Shown: positions 28,243 through 37,829, numbered from the stretch's first letter. The stretch: 64,000 nucleotides of DNA from Candidatus Nanoarchaeia archaeon (GCA_036514715.1 DATBWR010000011.1:48102-112101), one strand, 5' to 3'. Notes: generated from the sequence alone by a model not told the origin. Numbers and translations: made by a program.

Positions 28243-28273
28243 ACTATAGGTGTACACCTCGGAGGTGTACATT
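28243..28273 (-). promoter_or_regulatory. palindromic promoter/operator, copy 2 (TasA-like gene)
   Basis: TGTACACCT-CCG-AGGTGTACA-CC-TATAGT. Confidence 0.7.
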
Positions 28274-28593
28274 CTATTGTAAGGGTTAATAATAGATCGC
28301 TAAAGCGTTCTGCGCTTGAAGACAAGCTTAAGTATGAAGTCATAAGTTAAAACGATTAGAACCCTGTTTTGTTATCTTTTTGGCAACAAAAAAGCCACGC
28401 GTGAGGCGTAGCCAACAGAAAAAAGCTTAGAATGTTTCGGGGCGAGGAACCTGAACAAAACAACTCCAATTCTCGGGCAAGAATTTATATTGTTTTATAT
28501 GGGGCAGAACCGTATGCAGTATACCTTAACCCCAAGCTTGGGTGTCAATTAGATCTAACTAGATCAAATTACTTGCCATATCAATCAGCAACC

Positions 28594-28660
28594 AAGCGGG
28601 TCTGAGTTTAATTATTTTGGAAGGTTAAGCCGTGGAAACTATTAATTAGGTTATGAGGTT
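28594..28660. repeat. direct repeat flanking TA module (left copy)
   Basis: 29-bp AAGCGGGTCTGAGTTTAATTATTTTGGAA identical to 29149-29177; imperfect match continues. Confidence 0.85.
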
Positions 28661-28664
28661 GCGA

Positions 28665-28871
28665 TTAGCTAGTTTGAGTTTCGAAGAAATGTAGGGTTTT
28701 GGAGGGAACTCGATCTTTAACACCGATAATTTCAATTCCAAGCGGACGCCCGTCTTTGTCATAATCAACAAAAACTTCGTCTGAAAGTTCTTTAGTTTCA
28801 GCTACAGACGTCTTTTTATCAGTTAAATAGATGTAGGCTGCGTCAGCTTTTGGGTCGTAACGAACGTTCAT
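28665..28871 (-). CDS. DUF2283 family protein (putative antitoxin)
   Basis: YDPKADAAYIYL...VDYDKDGRPLGIEII. Confidence 0.88.
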   Translation of the reverse strand: MNVRYDPKADAAYIYLTDKKTSVAETKELSDEVFVDYDKDGRPLGIEIIGVKDRVPSKTLHFFETQTS

Positions 28872-28873
28872 AG

Positions 28874-29107
28874 TTATTGAGTCCTTTTCAACTTACTAAT
28901 CCAGTGAGCAGTGATAACGATTATACCACTTTCTTTTTTGGTAAACACTATTTTTAAAAATCTACCGTCAAACTTCCTTATCGCAATTTGACGACCGCCT
29001 CTTGCTGGCAGAATAAGGTCTGGGCTTTCTACAGTTTCTGCAACCTGATCCCTAGTAATATTTCTTTCCTTAAGTCTAAGTTCTGCGTGTTCGGTAAGCT
29101 TAACCAC
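28874..29107 (-). CDS. DUF4258 family protein (putative RNase toxin)
   Basis: LTEHAELRLKERNI...LKIVF...IVITA; paired with DUF2283. Confidence 0.82.
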   Translation of the reverse strand: MVKLTEHAELRLKERNITRDQVAETVESPDLILPARGGRQIAIRKFDGRFLKIVFTKKESGIIVITAHWISKLKRTQ

Positions 29108-29148
29108 AGGAAAATTGTAACATAAAAGAAAACCCACACTTTTAAAAG

Positions 29149-29217
29149 AAGCGGGTCTGAGTTTAATTATTTTGGAAAAATAAACCTTAGCAGAGATTAA
29201 TTAGGCTTATGGGGGTT
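29149..29217. repeat. direct repeat flanking TA module (right copy)
   Basis: Matches 28594-28660. Confidence 0.85.
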
Positions 29218-29265
29218 AATCTGCTCATCTCGTTTGTCAAAAACTTTAACAAACGAGTGAAAAGA

Positions 29266-30297
29266 TTAGTAAACCCTTTCTTTTCTATTACGGAAAACCC
29301 ACATCAGAATTCCCAGTCCAATCAAGAGCAAAATAGGCAACCAAATAAGATTGTCCATGAAGTTAGTGACTGCACCAAGAACTTGGCCACTGGCAGCTCC
29401 TTGCGCACCAGTTAAGCCGATTGGGCCTTGTTCACCGATTGCACCAGTTTCTCCAGTTTCACCTAGAGAACCCTGTTCACCGGCAAGTCCTTGCGGACCG
29501 GTCAGTCCGATTGAACCCTGCGGTCCAGTCAAACCAGTCAGACCTTGCAAGCCTTGCTCACCAGTGTCTCCAATTTCACCTTGGATACCTTGGATCCCCT
29601 GAATACCCTGTATTCCGGGGTTTCCTTGCGCACCTTCAGGACCGGTTAAGCCGATTGGCCCTTGTGGCCCAGTCAACCCAATCACTCCTTGCAGACCTTG
29701 AGGACCAATTTCACCCTGAGGGCCAGTCAATCCGACCGGTCCTTGCAGACCAGTTAGACCCTGAGGTCCTTGGTCACCTTGAATACCCTGTACTCCAGGG
29801 TTTCCCTGTGCACCATCAGCTCCAGTCAACCCAATCGGTCCCTGTGGACCGGTTAAGCCAATTGGGCCTTGTGGACCAGCAGGTCCCTGTGGACCGGTAG
29901 CACCAACCTGGCAAGCACTAACTGTGAAAGCCCAGCTGTTAGTAGCTCCCAGATCACTGTGACCCGTACTGTGTCCATCCAGCTGCTGACTTCCACCTTC
30001 AGGATCATCATAGATAGTAGCAACTACTGTGTGGTTTCCCACAGAAACAGCTACGGGAGCAGGAGTTGACCAGAAAGTAGGTTCATCGTGGCGGTGAACA
30101 ATTGTCACACCGTCCAAAGTAACCACTAAATGGTCTGAAGTTTCATCATAATCAGCTGCACCGTAGAAAGTTAAGTTTTGAGGACCGCAACCAACACCAA
30201 TTCCAAAGACGCTGGCGCTTTCGGCCAAAACAGCGGAAGGACTAGCCAAAAAGGCTAAAGAAAGAATAATTCCAAGAAATTTTTTCAATTTGTTCAC
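29266..30297 (-). CDS. collagen-like surface protein with C-terminal membrane anchor
   Basis: Signal peptide, globular N-domain, long GXY run (GPQ/GLT), TM + RNRK. Confidence 0.9.
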   Translation of the reverse strand: MNKLKKFLGIILSLAFLASPSAVLAESASVFGIGVGCGPQNLTFYGAADYDETSDHLVVTLDGVTIVHRHDEPTFWSTPAPVAVSVGNHTVVATIYDDPEGGSQQLDGHSTGHSDLGATNSWAFTVSACQVGATGPQGPAGPQGPIGLTGPQGPIGLTGADGAQGNPGVQGIQGDQGPQGLTGLQGPVGLTGPQGEIGPQGLQGVIGLTGPQGPIGLTGPEGAQGNPGIQGIQGIQGIQGEIGDTGEQGLQGLTGLTGPQGSIGLTGPQGLAGEQGSLGETGETGAIGEQGPIGLTGAQGAASGQVLGAVTNFMDNLIWLPILLLIGLGILMWVFRNRKERVY

Positions 30298-30476
30298 CCC
30301 CTTCGCTTAAGACTAAAAATAATAATATCTTGGTAACCTATAACTTTATGTTATATCTACTACTTTTTACTACAAATCAAGAAGATTGTCAAGTACAACT
30401 AAAATTAATTATGAACTTATAGTTCTACAATTTAGGTGAAATTTAACTAGTTATGGAAGATAAAAGCCAGAGGCGT

Positions 30477-31703
30477 TTAAAGACTACTAGTGTTGAGGAC
30501 TGGTTCGGGATGGCGGCCGGAAGGGTCGGTGTGGCCGGCTCCCAGTGGCTCGGCAACAGAGATAAGAGCGTTGCGCACTTGGATCCAAGTTGCCCCGGGG
30601 TTAGTTTTTAAGTAAAGTGCAGCCGCTCCAGCCACGTGGGGTGTGGCCATGCTTGTACCACTGATCGTTGCGTAAGAACTTCCTCGCCAAGTTGAATAAA
30701 TGTTAACTCCTGGAGCAGCGATATCAACCGCACTTCCATAGTTGGAAAACGAAGCAAAGGTATCATCGGCTCCGTAACTAGTTGGGATACCAACTCCACT
30801 GCTAGCACCATCAGAATCCGCCAGTGCCGAAACAGTAATGACGCTGTCATCGTAGGCAGCTGGTACGAAATTGGCAGCGTTAGCACTGCTGTTGCCAGTG
30901 GCAACCACCACAGTGATACCAGCGTCCCTCACCCGACAAATTGCTAGGTGCAACGCGTCAAAGTTGCTATTTCCACAATTATTATCACTTGTTCCTCCAC
31001 CGGCTAAACTCATGTTCATTACCTTAATGTTATAAGTAGCCGCATTAGCAACAACCCAATCAAGTCCACAAATTACCCCGGACCAAGTACCATTACCGCG
31101 GCGATCCAAAACTTTGACGGCGATCAATTTAGCCTGAGACGCTACCCCAACCACACCAGCTGTGTTGTCCAAAGCGGCAATTGTGCCAGCAACATGAGTG
31201 CCATGGCCATTATCGTCATTGGCATTGGAAGTTCTTTTCACGCAAGTCTTGTTGGCGATAATATTGGCCGCCAAATCCGGATGCGATAACTGAATACCAG
31301 TATCCACCACCGCCACTCCCACACCATTTGCCTCATTGGTGTTTATATCAGCTTCAACACGGTTAATTCCAGTTGGCAGGGTTTGTACTGCTGTACCGCT
31401 TAAATGGTTGGCAACACTAACTTCGCGATCTTCGGAAACAAATTTAACTCTTTTGTCCCTCCTCACCCTCTCCAGTTGGTTGGAATTAAACTTGGCTTTA
31501 TAACCTCTAACGCTTTGGTGATACCTTTCTTCGGCGGAAAACTGTCCTTCAGAGGACATTTGGTCCGTAGCCAACTCAACCTCGACATTATCTTTCAAGA
31601 CTACAATATAATCACGCGGTGGGCCTTCTTTGCGAGCTTGGGCGACAGTAAAGGAGACAATCAGTAGTAGCAGAGGTAGCACGATGAGGATTAGCTTTCT
31701 CAT
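30477..31703 (-). CDS. secreted subtilisin-like serine protease (S8) with I9 prodomain
   Basis: VVDTG, HGTHVAG and GTSMATPHVAG catalytic triad; YIVVLK prodomain. Confidence 0.95.
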   Translation of the reverse strand: MRKLILIVLPLLLLIVSFTVAQARKEGPPRDYIVVLKDNVEVELATDQMSSEGQFSAEERYHQSVRGYKAKFNSNQLERVRRDKRVKFVSEDREVSVANHLSGTAVQTLPTGINRVEADINTNEANGVGVAVVDTGIQLSHPDLAANIIANKTCVKRTSNANDDNGHGTHVAGTIAALDNTAGVVGVASQAKLIAVKVLDRRGNGTWSGVICGLDWVVANAATYNIKVMNMSLAGGGTSDNNCGNSNFDALHLAICRVRDAGITVVVATGNSSANAANFVPAAYDDSVITVSALADSDGASSGVGIPTSYGADDTFASFSNYGSAVDIAAPGVNIYSTWRGSSYATISGTSMATPHVAGAAALYLKTNPGATWIQVRNALISVAEPLGAGHTDPSGRHPEPVLNTSSL

Positions 31704-32334
31704 ACTGAAGTAAAGTTTAGCACTAAATTAATACTAGGTCAAGAAAATCCCTCTTATTAAGAGGTTTAATCAGTGAGAAAAAGTTTTGAAGCTAAAAAAG
31801 ATTAGAAAATTACTGGAGGATTTAAAAGCGATTAAAAAAGGCCTAACAAAAACCGGCCTTTTTGTTTAGCACTTATGCTTGACAAAGCGCTAAATTTTAG
31901 ATGCGTAAAAAGGTTAACTTTTGTGTATTTTTGGGGAAAAGTAAGGGATTTATGCCACTAAAAATCGTCTCGATAAATTATTGAAAAATTGTCAATAATT
32001 TATTGTCCATTTAAAATGGTCAACGACTTTATATAATCTAACTTCTTTCTTTAAAGAAGCAGGGTTATGACCAAAATATACGCTTTGAACTTGAAATCTG
32101 TCAAGTACCTTTTTTGGGAGAGTTAAAAAGCACAACTTCCTCTTGTGGAGGAAGTTAGTGTTCTGAAAGGCTTTTTAGTTGGATTATGTCAGCTTTTCCC
32201 CCTTGCGGAGAGAAAAGCGATCTGCTGTCCAGATAGTTACACATTAAAGAAAGAAAGGGTGTTTGTCAACTCTAACAAAAGGGGTATAAAGGGCTCAAAG
32301 TAGTTAATTTGAAGCTAAAAAAGTTATAATTTTA

Positions 32335-34146
32335 TCACTTTTCCCAGCAATCGGAAATGTGGATGTCAACTTTAACCGGTACTAACCTCAGGAGCTTTTT
32401 GCCAGCTAGCACCATTTTCTCTTCGACAATTTTGGCAACTGACTCAGCCAGGTCGTCTCTGGCCTCAACCACAATTTCATCGTGAACAGTGTGGATTAAA
32501 TGCGCAGCCAGTTTGTCTTTCTTAATCGCATCGTGAATAAACACCAGAGCGTACTTGGTAATATCCGCACTTGTCCCCTGAATTGGCGTGTTTTTGCCTT
32601 GCCTCTCCACAGCACCGATGAGTTTCTGATAATCTGGATCAGCTTTATCCGGCATGATAAAACTGCGTTTACGACCACCAAGAGTACGCACGTAACCGTA
32701 ACGAAGGGCGTCCCGACCCATGTTGTCGAGCCAACGTTTAACTTTTTTGTAAGCGGAAAAATAAACGTCCAAAAGTTTTTTTGATTCTTCCACTGACAAA
32801 CCGATTTGCAAACCCAAAGAAGTGGCTCCCCGACCGTACATCAAACCAAAGTTAATGGATTTAGCTTGAAAACGCTTGTCTTTATCAACTTTCTCAATAG
32901 GGATGCGAAACATTTGACTGGCAGTCAGGGTGTGCAAGTCCACGTCATCCTTAAAAGCTTTCAAGAAGGCCGGGTCCTGGCTAACTTCAGCCATAATTCT
33001 CAGTTCAATTTGGGAGTAATCAGCGGTGATCAACTTATAGCCGGGGCTGGCAATAAAACAGCTACGGAAACCACTTTCAGCCGGTATCTGCTGCAAATTA
33101 GGGTTGTTGCAGGCAAAACGGCCTGTGTCAGCTCCCAACTGCAAGAAATCTGGGTGAAGCCGGTTATCCAAGGGGTGGATTTTTTCTAAAATGGTGTCCC
33201 CAAAAGCAGTGATCATTTTTTCAAAACCACGGTATTCGAGCATTTTTTTAGCCAGAGGGTGGTCAATTTTAGAGAGAGTGGCCTCCGAAGTATTAGGCAG
33301 TTCCAACCCAAGTTTTTTGAAAGCTTCCAGGAGCTGGAGAGGGCTGTCCAAATTGATATTGTCAGCTTCGTTACCGAACAAATCAACTTGATTAAACTCG
33401 ATTAAATGAGAGAGTTCCTTCTGAATCTCGTGGTTAATAAGGTTGCGTTTTTCCTGTAGCTCTGCTATGTGAGCTTTCCATTTCTCCCGATCAATCAGCG
33501 AGCCTCTTAGCTCCATTTCCGCCACTACTTCCACCACCGCAAATTCAAGACGGGCTGTTTCAATGAGCTCATCTTCCTTGAGGATCTCAAACTGCTTACG
33601 GAAAATCTCATGCAGAACAATTGCATCGCGTGCAGCGTAATCCAGCTGTTCTTTGGTGAAAATTCCCCTTAGTGCCGGGCTGGCCGGATCTGTAAAGGTG
33701 TCGCGGATAGTTTTATCAATTTTCAGCCCCAAGTATTTATCCGCCAAGCTTCTTAAGGAAATATCCCTCGAAATACCGCAAGTGATCACTCTTTCGGCAA
33801 GCATAGTGTCGTAAAGGTTACCAAGCCGTATCCCAGCCTGAGCTTTGAGAAGGGAGTAGTCAAATTTGGCGTTTTGGGCGATTTTTAAGGGCCGGTCAGC
33901 TTCCAGTAGGATTTTCAGAGGTGAAAGATCTACTTTTTGGCACTCAATTACCCAAGCTCGATCTTTGGTAGCGATTTGCAGCAAAAAAAGCTTGGCAGTC
34001 AGAGGATCAAGTTTATTACCTTCAGTATCCAAGCTAATAGTCTGCTGCCTTTCCAGTTCGGGGATGATTTTGGAGAGATCTTCGTCAGAACTGATCAGTT
34101 GGTAGTCAAGCTCTTGAGTTGTTTGGGTTTGGGTTTCAGGGTTCAT
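32335..34146 (-). CDS. polA: family A DNA polymerase (3'-5' exonuclease + polymerase, no 5' nuclease)
   Basis: LDTE exo I; ADYSQIELR, KSINFGLMYG and VHDE motifs. Confidence 0.9.
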   Translation of the reverse strand: MNPETQTQTTQELDYQLISSDEDLSKIIPELERQQTISLDTEGNKLDPLTAKLFLLQIATKDRAWVIECQKVDLSPLKILLEADRPLKIAQNAKFDYSLLKAQAGIRLGNLYDTMLAERVITCGISRDISLRSLADKYLGLKIDKTIRDTFTDPASPALRGIFTKEQLDYAARDAIVLHEIFRKQFEILKEDELIETARLEFAVVEVVAEMELRGSLIDREKWKAHIAELQEKRNLINHEIQKELSHLIEFNQVDLFGNEADNINLDSPLQLLEAFKKLGLELPNTSEATLSKIDHPLAKKMLEYRGFEKMITAFGDTILEKIHPLDNRLHPDFLQLGADTGRFACNNPNLQQIPAESGFRSCFIASPGYKLITADYSQIELRIMAEVSQDPAFLKAFKDDVDLHTLTASQMFRIPIEKVDKDKRFQAKSINFGLMYGRGATSLGLQIGLSVEESKKLLDVYFSAYKKVKRWLDNMGRDALRYGYVRTLGGRKRSFIMPDKADPDYQKLIGAVERQGKNTPIQGTSADITKYALVFIHDAIKKDKLAAHLIHTVHDEIVVEARDDLAESVAKIVEEKMVLAGKKLLRLVPVKVDIHISDCWEK

Positions 34147-35618
34147 TAAACTGTTTTCAATTTCTTTTTTAAAACTTCTCTGACAGTAGTCGGATTAGCA
34201 GTACCGGCTGCTTTGCGCATCACTTGCCCCAGCAAAAAATCAAAAGAAATTTCTTTGCCTGAGCGGTAATCAGCTACTGCTTTGGTATTTTCAGTTAGGG
34301 CTGCCTCTACCAAAGTTTCGATTTTACTTTCATCAGAAACCTGACGCAAGCCTAAAGTCTCAATTACCTTAGTGGGCATTTCGCCGCTTTCTAAAACTTT
34401 AGCGAAAACTTTTTTTGCCGCTTGACTAGAAAGCTCGCCTCGGTCTAGGAGTAAAAGCAGCTCGGCTAAGTGGGCTGGTTCGGCCTTCACGGCAGACACC
34501 ACAACTAGTTTCTCGTTTAAGTAGCGGCTAAGTTCATTAGTAACCCAATTAGCCACTTTTTTAGCTTTTGACGAGCGGCTTTGGTCGGCGGCAGCACTTT
34601 CGGTTTTAGTATACACTTTCAAGGCCTCTTCAAACCAGTCGGCAACCTCTTTTTCTTCAGCTAAAATTTTTGCTTCTGTCAAACTTATCTCATAATTTTC
34701 CTGAAAGCGTTTTATTTTGGCATCTGGAAGCTCTGTAAGCGCCTCTCTGAGTTTTTTTACCTCCTCTCCACTTATCTCCAAGGGCGGCAGATCTGGATCG
34801 GGAAAATAACGGTAGTCCGGAGAAGTTTCTTTGGTCCTCTGCGCCACTGTCTCACCTCTGCTTTCTACCCAACCGCGAGTTTCTTGGACGATTTTGCCAC
34901 CTTCCCCAAGCACTTTAGCTTGGCGGCTAATCTCAAAAACAAGAGCTTTTTCCAAAAAATTAAAGGAGTTGATATTCTTAATCTCAACCTTAGTTCCCAG
35001 TTGTCTTTCGCCTTTTGGTTTCAGAGAGACATTGGCATCAAAGCGCATACCGGCTTTTTCCATGTCCGCATCAGCTACTTCCAGGTAGCGGGCAATTTGG
35101 TGAATTTTCTTGGCATAGGCTCGCGCTTCCTGGGGCGAATTTATATCCGGCTCAGAAACAATCTCCAGAAGCGGCACACCGGAGCGGTTAAAGTCAATTA
35201 AACTCACCCTCTGTCCGTCAATTTCTGCGTGTACTAATTTACCGGTATCCTCTTCCATATGGGCTCTGGTTATGTGGATTTTCTTCTCCCCAACCGTCAC
35301 AAAGCCGTTTTTGGCAATGGGGTTATCAAACTGGGAAATTTGGTAGCCTTTGGGAAGATCCGGATAAAAATAGCTTTTACGGTCAAATTTATTTTGCAAA
35401 CTTATTTGGCAGTTTAAGGCTAAACCAACTTTGAGAGCGTTTTCAATTGCTTTTTTATTGACTTTCGGCAGGGCTCCGGGCAAGCCCAAACACACTGGAC
35501 AAACGTGGCCATTAGGTTCGGACCCAAAATAAACGCTGCTACTAGGGCAAAACATTTTGCTTTTAGTTTTGAGCTGCAGGTGAATTTCTAAACCAATAAC
35601 AATGTCGTATTCTTTCAT
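34146..35618 (-). CDS. gatB: Asp/Glu-tRNA amidotransferase subunit B
   Basis: IGLEIHLQL, YFYPDLPKGYQISQ and DYRYFPDPDL. Confidence 0.98.
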   Translation of the reverse strand: MKEYDIVIGLEIHLQLKTKSKMFCPSSSVYFGSEPNGHVCPVCLGLPGALPKVNKKAIENALKVGLALNCQISLQNKFDRKSYFYPDLPKGYQISQFDNPIAKNGFVTVGEKKIHITRAHMEEDTGKLVHAEIDGQRVSLIDFNRSGVPLLEIVSEPDINSPQEARAYAKKIHQIARYLEVADADMEKAGMRFDANVSLKPKGERQLGTKVEIKNINSFNFLEKALVFEISRQAKVLGEGGKIVQETRGWVESRGETVAQRTKETSPDYRYFPDPDLPPLEISGEEVKKLREALTELPDAKIKRFQENYEISLTEAKILAEEKEVADWFEEALKVYTKTESAAADQSRSSKAKKVANWVTNELSRYLNEKLVVVSAVKAEPAHLAELLLLLDRGELSSQAAKKVFAKVLESGEMPTKVIETLGLRQVSDESKIETLVEAALTENTKAVADYRSGKEISFDFLLGQVMRKAAGTANPTTVREVLKKKLKTV

Positions 35619-35730
35619 AGTTATAATTAAGTCCCTTGTAGCGGGTCCTGTCGGGCTTTACCCCGCTCCGACGTCCTCAAGGTAAACTCTGCGGGCGCTC
35701 GAGCGGGGACCCCACGCCCGCCACCCGCTT

Positions 35731-36129
35731 TCATAAACCTCCCAATTCAATTAAACCCGCCTTAAATTTCTCCAAGATATCGCGCACTTGCGAGCTAGGT
35801 AGTTCAAAATTAACGTTGTGCACTATCTCATTGCGAACTTTGTGGGCAAACCACAACCCGTCATAAATTTCCCACTTACCGACAAATTTAACTTTGGCCG
35901 CTTTCAAACGCTCACCAGTAGCTTCCAAAGATGGGTACATTTTGCGCAAAACAAAGTCCATTAACTTGTCGGCATCAATGACCGCGGACTTTAAGTTCGA
36001 AGGCTTACCAAGAGAGGCTTGTTCCTCAACTTTTTGCCAACCAGTTTTCACTTCTTGGCTGTCCTGCAAAGTTAACTTTCCCTCAGGCACATAGTTTGTC
36101 TTACCGAACAAAAATGAAAAAATCCCCAT
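35731..36129 (-). CDS. hypothetical protein with HEPN-like RNxxxH motif
   Basis: AVIDADKL, GERLK and RNEIVH. Confidence 0.6.
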   Translation of the reverse strand: MGIFSFLFGKTNYVPEGKLTLQDSQEVKTGWQKVEEQASLGKPSNLKSAVIDADKLMDFVLRKMYPSLEATGERLKAAKVKFVGKWEIYDGLWFAHKVRNEIVHNVNFELPSSQVRDILEKFKAGLIELGGL

Positions 36130-37542
36130 TTACTCTGGTTTCCTTTTATGCCACTCCGTTGCTTGTTCAAAATTATAAGCAGCTTGCAACATTTTCTCTT
36201 CTTCCCAGTGGTTAGCTGTGATTTGCAAACCGACTGGTAAATCGCCCACAAAGCCGGCTGGAAGCGAAATTGCCGGTACACCAGCCAAATTCTGTGGCAC
36301 AGTTAAGATATCTCCCAAATACATCTGGAGAGGATTATCAATTTTCTCACCGAACTTAAAAGGCAGAACCGGCGAAGTTGGGCCAAGTACGAAATCTACT
36401 TTCTTGAAAACCTCTTGAAAGTCGTTGTAAATTAAGCGGCGCACTTTAGTTGATTTCAAGTAATAGGCGTCGTAGTAGCCGGAAGACAGAGAGTAAGTTC
36501 CCAGCATTATCCGCCGTTTAGCTTCCGGTCCAAACTGGTCTCGAGTTCCACCGTAGCGAACGCCGTCGTAGCGGGCCAGGTTAGTACTTACTTCTGAAGC
36601 CATAACCAGATAATAAACCGGAATAGCCTGCTCGCTGTGGGGCAGAGAAACTTCAACTAACTGCCCACCCAAATCCTCAATTTTTTTCGTAGCAGCAAGA
36701 AAAATTTCCTTAACTTGTGGGTCGATACCTTCACCAAGATACTCTTTGGGAATTCCAAACTTCTTGCCTTTAATGCTTCTTCCAAGGTTTTTTGAATAGT
36801 CCGGCAGAGGTTTGTTGACGCTAGTTGCATCTTGCCTGTCGTAGCCAGCAATGATGTTTAACACCCAGGCAGCATCTTCCACCGTTTGGGTAAGCGGTCC
36901 AGCTTGATCCAGTGAATTTCCCATTGGGATCAAACCCCAGCGGCTCACCCGTCCGTAAGTTGGTTTTAAACCCACAACAGAGCAAAAGGAAGCTGGTTGG
37001 CGGATACTACCGCCAGTGTCCGTCCCCAGAGCATAAGGCAGGAGGCCAGCAGCGACTGCGGCTGCCGAACCACCGCTGCTGCCACCGGGAACGCGGGTTC
37101 TATCCCAGGGATTTTTAGTTTTTTGGTAAGCGGAGTTTTCCGTGGAAGCTCCCATCGCAAACTCGTCGCAGTTGAGCTTACCGATCATGACTGCCTTAAC
37201 TTTGAGCAGGTTTTCGTAAACAGTGGCGCTGTAAGGCGGTAGAAAATCTTCCAGAATTTTGGAGGCTGCTGTAGTGGCGACTCCCTGGGTGACAATCACG
37301 TCTTTGATACCCATGGGCACACCGGTTAACCAGCAAATTTCTTTGGAGTTAGCGATAAGTCGGTCAGCTTCTTGGGCTTGTTTTAAAGCAAGTTCGCCGG
37401 TTATGGTGAGAAAAGAACCAAGGTCTTTGTCAGCTTTTTCAGCTTGCTGCAAAGCTTGTTTAGTAACCTCTACCGAAGAAAAGTCCTTTTTCTTTAAACC
37501 CTCGTGAATTTGCTTAATAGTTAAAAAGCTTGTATGCATCAA
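36130..37542 (-). CDS. gatA: amidotransferase subunit A
   Basis: Amidase signature GGSSGGS and GTDTGGSIRQPA. Confidence 0.98.
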   Translation of the reverse strand: MMHTSFLTIKQIHEGLKKKDFSSVEVTKQALQQAEKADKDLGSFLTITGELALKQAQEADRLIANSKEICWLTGVPMGIKDVIVTQGVATTAASKILEDFLPPYSATVYENLLKVKAVMIGKLNCDEFAMGASTENSAYQKTKNPWDRTRVPGGSSGGSAAAVAAGLLPYALGTDTGGSIRQPASFCSVVGLKPTYGRVSRWGLIPMGNSLDQAGPLTQTVEDAAWVLNIIAGYDRQDATSVNKPLPDYSKNLGRSIKGKKFGIPKEYLGEGIDPQVKEIFLAATKKIEDLGGQLVEVSLPHSEQAIPVYYLVMASEVSTNLARYDGVRYGGTRDQFGPEAKRRIMLGTYSLSSGYYDAYYLKSTKVRRLIYNDFQEVFKKVDFVLGPTSPVLPFKFGEKIDNPLQMYLGDILTVPQNLAGVPAISLPAGFVGDLPVGLQITANHWEEEKMLQAAYNFEQATEWHKRKPE

Positions 37543-37829
37543 TCGAGAATAGCTTTGACTTTAAAAAAGCCGTTGTGTTTGTTTTTCGCATTTTGTAGCA
37601 CCGATTTTTGTGGCAAGCCTGGCTGAGGCTCATCTCCACGTAGTGCGTTGGTCAAGCCGGAAACATTAAGCAGAGGCTCAACCTTATCAGTGTTAACCTG
37701 AGAAAGTTTTTCCGCGTTATAGTCAATCACCTCTTCAAGCTGAGAACGAAACTTTTCAACCTCAGTTTCAGTGAGCTCTAAGTTAGCCAGTTTTGCCACC
37801 ATTCTTACTTGTTCGCTTGTTAACGCCAT
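37539..37829 (-). CDS. gatC: amidotransferase subunit C
   Basis: VAKLANL..LRGD..FFKVKAIL; start MALTSE. Confidence 0.92.
   Translation of the reverse strand: MALTSEQVRMVAKLANLELTETEVEKFRSQLEEVIDYNAEKLSQVNTDKVEPLLNVSGLTNALRGDEPQPGLPQKSVLQNAKNKHNGFFKVKAILD

Noticed and set aside
31704-32334. Possible replication origin in the AT-rich gap
   Set aside because: No cluster of DnaA boxes recognised and no dnaA nearby.
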